Shown here one piece after another: positions 60,401 through 64,000 of a stretch of 64,000 nucleotides of DNA. The notes beneath the pieces are model-generated. The model made no database searches. It had not been told where the DNA came from and saw only the letters and a list, made by a program, of their open reading frames with translations. Every line of letters begins with the position of its first letter. Position 1 is the stretch's first letter. This DNA is from Longimicrobiales bacterium (GTDB lineage Bacteria; Gemmatimonadota; Gemmatimonadetes; Longimicrobiales; Gaopeijiaceae). The position numbers were made by a program, and so were the translations under genes. The stretch covers positions 3,744,001 to 3,808,000 of the forward strand of contig OZ241869.1 in the NCBI GenBank assembly GCA_965202805.1, in the 5' to 3' direction.

Positions 60401-60753
60401 TCCTGCGGGCGCGGGTCGAGCAGCAGCCGATGGCACGGCGCCGGCCGATCGGGGGACAGCGCCTCACCTACACTGGCCCGCAGGAGACATCGGCCGCGAC
60501 GACCCGGGCACGGCCGTCGAGCCCGGTCTCGCGCCGGCCGGGTGGGCCCGGACGGGTCGACGCGACCGGAATCGCCCGCAGCGCGCGCGCCGCAACCGGT
60601 CCCGCAACCGACGTAGCCACGCTGGCGACCAACCGCGGGGAGGCGCGCAAGCAACGGCCGGTCACCGTCGAGGCCCGCCCGGGGCGCAACGATCCCTGTC
60701 CCTGCGGCTCGGGGAAGAAATACAAGAAGTGCTGCCAGGGGCGCGCCACCTGA
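57454..60753 (+). CDS. secA: Preprotein translocase subunit SecA
   Basis: EMATGEGKT, YGTNNEFGFDYLRDN, IDEVDS, ATNMAGRGTDI, QLRGRAGRQGDPG, SEC-C motif GRNDPCPCGSGKKYKKCC. ATG at 57454. Confidence 0.99.
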   Translation: MIKAFARKVFGDRHAREARKLQPLVDEINEAFEGLSGLSRDELRGKTDEFRARIQERVGPVLDQAQTLRERKSRSRDPSEREGLGLRITDLEKDYLGELEEALDDILPEAFAVVKEACRRLVGSTVRVTGHDLVWDMVPYDVQLIGAIALHRGKAAEMATGEGKTLVATMPLYLNALAGRGAHLVTVNSYLARRDAQWMGYIYESLGLTTDVIDEHQPGSEERRQAYLADITYGTNNEFGFDYLRDNMVHDLAQRVQRGHPFAIIDEVDSILIDEARTPLIISGPVGRDTSTPFKQMAPLVGRLYRQQSKITGQLVAAANRELEAGNEHAAGESLLAVKRGTPKNKRLLKLFAEDPGIQKLVQKVEGDYMREKRLHELDELLLFAMDEKGHNVHLSDKGLDTLSPGDPDAFVVPDLSEEMGELEEDETISVDERRERIQALEDEYATKSQKIHVIHQLLKAYALYHRNEQYILGESGAVVIVDEFTGRQMPGRRWSDGLHQAVEAKEGVEVRGETQTLATITIQNYFRMYDKLAGMTGTAETEENEFHQIYGLDVMVIPTNRPVVRDDRDDLIFRTVREKYNALMDEIRHLNRLELPVLVGTTNVDVSETLSRMLKRRGIRHNVLNAKQHLREAEIVAEAGRPGAVTIATNMAGRGTDIKLGDGVRDARTAGWARARGLDLEELYPVDPRRVTVDLQKKPDDFLVEIGGLHILGSARHDSRRIDRQLRGRAGRQGDPGSSQFFLSLEDDLMRLFMSDRVAGAMEKLGAEEGEVIAHPLVTRSIGRAQMRVEGNNFEARKRLLDYDDVMNQQREVIYDLRLFALEGGEDLKGEIWEMIEYALGSTLDEYVPASAAEEEWDLAGLKRRLLLEFLVLVSDLPDGDESAPDLDHDDVAAMVLEAGRDAFQRKLEGFGETAERVTSYIMLSVIDQKWKDHLYDLDHLKASISYRSWGQKDPLVEYKKEAYDMFVDLMHDLRKTLASLILRARVEQQPMARRRPIGGQRLTYTGPQETSAATTRARPSSPVSRRPGGPGRVDATGIARSARAATGPATDVATLATNRGEARKQRPVTVEARPGRNDPCPCGSGKKYKKCCQGRAT

Positions 60754-60767
60754 AAACCCGGCGCCCG

Positions 60768-61439
60768 ATGCGCGAATGGCCGCGCGGCGACCGTCCGCGC
60801 GAACGCCTCCGGGAAGTGGGCGTCCATGGGCTGGCGACGCGCGAGCTGCTCTCCCTCGTGGTCGGGACTGGAAGCCGGGGCGCGAGCGCAATGGATGTGG
60901 CGGACGCCCTGCTGCAGCGTTGCGGAGGATCGCTGGCGCGCATGGGATCGGCTCCGGCCGGGCTCCTGGAGGGCGTCGCCGGTGTAGGGGGGGCGACCGC
61001 CGCCCGTGTGTTGGCGGCGCTGGAACTGGGTCGGCGGGGCGTCCGGGAGCGCCTTGCCCCCCGGGACCCGATTCGCGGGCCCGGCGACATCTATGCGCGC
61101 ATGGCTCCCCGGTTGCGCGATCTGCGCCACGAGGAGTTTCACGCTCTTCTGCTCAACAGCCAGCACGGCGTGCTGCGCGAGGTGCTGATCACGCGCGGAA
61201 TCCTGGACGCCTCTCTCATCCATCCGCGCGAGGTGTTGCGGGAGGCGATCGTGGAGAGCGCGGCAGCGGTCATTCTGGTGCACAACCATCCCTCCGGAAA
61301 CCCGTCGCCTTCCGCGGAAGACCGCGAGGTCACCCGGCAGCTGTCGGCGGCCGGTCGCACGGTCGGGATCCCCGTGCTCGACCATGTGATCATCGCCGGT
61401 GAGGCGTTTCGTTCCCTGGCCCAGGACGGCTTGATGTAG
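60768..61439 (+). CDS. radC: RadC/JAB-domain protein (UPF0758)
   Basis: RPRERL, ELL, HhH GVG.A.A, EEF, HPRE, HNHPSG..PS.ED, LDHVII. Confidence 0.94.
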   Translation: MREWPRGDRPRERLREVGVHGLATRELLSLVVGTGSRGASAMDVADALLQRCGGSLARMGSAPAGLLEGVAGVGGATAARVLAALELGRRGVRERLAPRDPIRGPGDIYARMAPRLRDLRHEEFHALLLNSQHGVLREVLITRGILDASLIHPREVLREAIVESAAAVILVHNHPSGNPSPSAEDREVTRQLSAAGRTVGIPVLDHVIIAGEAFRSLAQDGLM

Positions 61440-61498
61440 CGAACCCTCCGGAGCCCGACGGGGTTGCCGGCTGCGTTCGGTTGCGCGCAACGCCCGGT

Positions 61499-61584
61499 CC
61501 CTGCGGATACTGCGGCGGGCGATTATGTTGACGGGTCGGGCATCGCTCGAGACCGACGATACGCCGCTTTTTCGTTTTGCAGGG
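61499..61584 (+). promoter_or_regulatory. Long nested hairpin with U-tract in the rel leader
   Basis: CCCTGC/GCAGGG, GCGGCG/CGCCGC and GGTC/GACC pairings; TTTTTCGTTTT follows the inner stem. Confidence 0.45.
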
Positions 61585-61589
61585 TCACG

Positions 61590-63803
61590 ATGGCGACTTC
61601 GACTGCCACGATTGCCAGGAACGCGGTGCAGAAACTGCCCGCGGACCTTGCTCCGGCCATAGAGGCGTACGCCGACCGCCTGGACGTCAGCCAGATCGAG
61701 AGGGCGCACGGGCTCGCAGCCGAGGCACACGCGGGCCAGCGGCGCGCCTCCGGTGCCAGCTACGTCACCCACGCAATCGGCGTCGCCACCATCCTGGCGG
61801 AGCTTCGTCTGGATACCGCCTCCCTGACCGCGGGCCTGATCCACGACGTCGTGGAGGACACCGCCGTCGACCTGACCGATGTGGAGGCCCAGTTCGGCGC
61901 CGAAGTGGCGGGCATCGTCGACGGGGTGACGAAGATCGGGAGGGTCCGCTTCCGGTCGAATGCGGAACGGCAGGTCGAGAACTACCGCAAGCTGCTGGTG
62001 TCGATGGTCCAGGACGCCCGCGTCATCCTCATCAAGCTCGCCGACCGGCTCCACAACATGCGAACGCTCGAGCACCTGCGACCGGCCAAGCAAAGACGCA
62101 TCGCGCTGGAGACGCGCAACATCTATGCCCCCATCGCCCATCGCCTTGGCCTGGCCGCCATCAAGTGGGAACTCGAGGATCTGGCCTTCAAGTTCCTCGA
62201 ACCCGACGAATACAACCGGCTCAAGAAGAAGATTCAGCAGCGCCGGCGGGAGCGTGAGCGCCAGATCATGGAAATGAAGCGTCCGCTGGTGGACATGCTG
62301 ACAGAGGCCGGCATCCCTCTCGTGGACGTGACGGGCCGGCCGAAGCACCTGTGGTCCATCCACAAGAAGATCCGCGCCAACGATCTTCCCTTCGAGGACA
62401 TCCAGGACCTGCTCGCGCTGCGCGTGATTACGGACTCGGTGCAGCACTGCTATGCGGCGCTCGGGGTCATCCACAACCGCTGGACTCCGGTGCAGGAGCG
62501 CTTCCGCGACTATATCGCAACACCGAAGTCCAACATGTACCAGTCCCTGCACACGACCGTGTTCGGTCCGCGCGGGCGCCGCTACGAGATCCAGATCCGC
62601 ACCGAAGCGATGCACCTGACCGCGGAGCAGGGGATCGCCGCGCACTGGCGCTACAAGGAAGGCGGGTCCGCCAGGAAGGACGAGGTCGGAGAAGCTCTGT
62701 CGTGGTTCCGCCAGGTGCTCGAGTGGCAGAAGGACACCAGCGAGCCGGAGGAATTCATGGAGTTCCTCCGCATGGACCTCTTCCAGGGGGAAATCTTCGT
62801 CTTCACCCCCAGGGGCGAGGTCAAGCAGCTTCCGGTCGGGGCCACCCCGATCGACTTCGCGTATTCCGTCCACAGCGCAATCGGAACGCATTGCGCCGGC
62901 GCCCGGGTGAACGGACGCATCGCCCCACTTTCGCGCAAGCTGAAGAACGGGGACACGGTCGAGATCATCAAGAACCCGAAGCAGCGCCCCAACCGGGACT
63001 GGCTCGCGTTCGTGAAGACTTCACGGGCGCGCGGGCAGATCCGCCGCTGGATCCGCAAGGAGGAATTCGCCTCCGCGCTCCAGCTGGGTGTCGATTTCCT
63101 GAAGCAGGAGCTGCGCAAGCGACGGCTGCCAAAGCCGGGCGACGACGCGAAGGTTCACGCGGCCGCACAACTGGGCTATCCCGACTTCGACCAGTTGCAG
63201 GCGGCGCTGGGGCGCGGGGACGTGGGTCCGGCGGCCGTGCTCAAGGCGCTCTTCCCGGACCGGGAGACGACTCCCGGCCTCCAGCAGCCCCCCTCCACCC
63301 TGCGGCGCATCGCCGCCAGGATACGTCCTTCCAGCAAGGGCGTGCGCATCCAGGGCGTGGACAACCTGATGGTGCGCTACTCCCAGTGCTGTCAGCCCGT
63401 GCCGGGCGACGACGTCATCGGCTACATCACCGTCGGCCGCGGCATCTCGATCCACCGGGCCGACTGCGCCAACGTGCTCTATCTGTCCCAGGACCCGGAA
63501 CGCAGGGTCGAGATCCGATGGACGGCGGAGAAGGGAGATACCCGGATGGTGAAGATTCACGCCCGGGCCGTGGACCGCCGGGGACTCCTGTCGGACATCG
63601 CCAAGGCCATCACCAACACCGGGACCAACATTCAGAACGCGGACGTCCGGTCGGACAAGGCCGGCATGACCGGCGAGTTCGTGGTGGAGGTGGAGGACCG
63701 GTCCCACCTGGAAAAGGTGCTCAAGGCCGTGAACCAGGTGAAGGGCGTGCTCACGGTGGAGCGGCGCGAGAGCAGGGGCGAGGCGGAAAGGACCGAGGCC
63801 TGA
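61590..63803 (+). CDS. rel: Bifunctional (p)ppGpp synthetase/hydrolase (long RSH)
   Basis: HD domain (AH.GQ.R.SG..Y..H, HDVVEDT, KLADRLHN), synthetase (GRPKH, YQSLHT, EIQIRT), TGS (TPIDFAY.VH), CC.P.PGD, ACT domain. Confidence 0.97.
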   Translation: MATSTATIARNAVQKLPADLAPAIEAYADRLDVSQIERAHGLAAEAHAGQRRASGASYVTHAIGVATILAELRLDTASLTAGLIHDVVEDTAVDLTDVEAQFGAEVAGIVDGVTKIGRVRFRSNAERQVENYRKLLVSMVQDARVILIKLADRLHNMRTLEHLRPAKQRRIALETRNIYAPIAHRLGLAAIKWELEDLAFKFLEPDEYNRLKKKIQQRRRERERQIMEMKRPLVDMLTEAGIPLVDVTGRPKHLWSIHKKIRANDLPFEDIQDLLALRVITDSVQHCYAALGVIHNRWTPVQERFRDYIATPKSNMYQSLHTTVFGPRGRRYEIQIRTEAMHLTAEQGIAAHWRYKEGGSARKDEVGEALSWFRQVLEWQKDTSEPEEFMEFLRMDLFQGEIFVFTPRGEVKQLPVGATPIDFAYSVHSAIGTHCAGARVNGRIAPLSRKLKNGDTVEIIKNPKQRPNRDWLAFVKTSRARGQIRRWIRKEEFASALQLGVDFLKQELRKRRLPKPGDDAKVHAAAQLGYPDFDQLQAALGRGDVGPAAVLKALFPDRETTPGLQQPPSTLRRIAARIRPSSKGVRIQGVDNLMVRYSQCCQPVPGDDVIGYITVGRGISIHRADCANVLYLSQDPERRVEIRWTAEKGDTRMVKIHARAVDRRGLLSDIAKAITNTGTNIQNADVRSDKAGMTGEFVVEVEDRSHLEKVLKAVNQVKGVLTVERRESRGEAERTEA

Positions 63804-63807
63804 GGTC

Positions 63808-64000
63808 GTGCCCAGCTTCGAGATTCACTCTTCCTTCCGTCCCGCGGGAGACCAGCCTTCGGCGATCGGGGAGCTGTCCGCCGCGCTGGAGGGCGGAACC
63901 CGCTTCCAGACGCTGCTGGGGGCGACCGGCACCGGGAAGACCCTCACCATGGCGCACGTCATCCAGAGCCAGGGTCGTCCCACGCTCGTGATGTCCCACA
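63808..64000 (+). CDS. uvrB: Excinuclease ABC subunit B, 3' end outside the window
   Basis: Manual translation from GTG 63808: ..F.PAGDQPSAI..L......QTLLGATGTGKT.TMA.VI....RPTLVMSH. Confidence 0.95.
   Translation, partial: MPSFEIHSSFRPAGDQPSAIGELSAALEGGTRFQTLLGATGTGKTLTMAHVIQSQGRPTLVMSH

Noticed and set aside
60768..61439. radC as a marker of a mobile element or anti-defence locus
   Set aside because: It is the full-length chromosomal form with an N-terminal HhH, lying between secA and rel, with no integrase or other mobile genes nearby.

Overview
This is a very GC-rich (by eye about 67-70%, not computed) bacterial chromosomal segment made almost entirely of + strand housekeeping genes. Protein features (long SecA with N-terminal and PPXD helical inserts, an M28 glutaminyl-cyclase-like lipoprotein, BamD, D-S/T-rich lipoprotein tails) suggest a diderm FCB-group organism, most likely Gemmatimonadota; this is inference. 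Bases 1-19 kb hold class II ribonucleotide reductase (5' truncated), M28 peptidase, nitrilase, rocD, a YggX-like protein, a DksA/TraR protein, an orphan ORF, rnd, pyk, an MBL hydrolase, pgi, YtxH, an L,D-transpeptidase, smpB, a TPR lipoprotein, pyrD, pyrF, an unknown exported protein and cysS. Bases 19-52.3 kb hold four tRNAs and one contiguous transcription/translation supercluster (tuf-rpmG-secE-nusG-rplKAJL-rpoBC-rpsLG-fusA-S10-spc-alpha-rplQ-orf-rpmB) that lacks rpsN, infA, a str-operon tuf and tRNA-Trp at their usual positions. Bases 52.4-64 kb hold a nucleotide-sugar dehydrogenase, a TPR lipoprotein, a DegT aminotransferase, bamD, nadD, secA, radC, rel and the start of uvrB. I found no mobile element, CRISPR array, rRNA or defence island, and I cannot support a claim of a clearly new multi-gene system. 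The best leads are a candidate Bacteroidetes-like envelope protein-modification programme (tandem D-[S/T]-hydrophobic motifs; glutaminyl cyclase plus Gln at +1 of signal peptides), a ~124-aa insertion in RpoB, a natural S12 K88R, atypical metal-ligand sets in YggX, DksA and L36, and structured leaders before rel and fusA.
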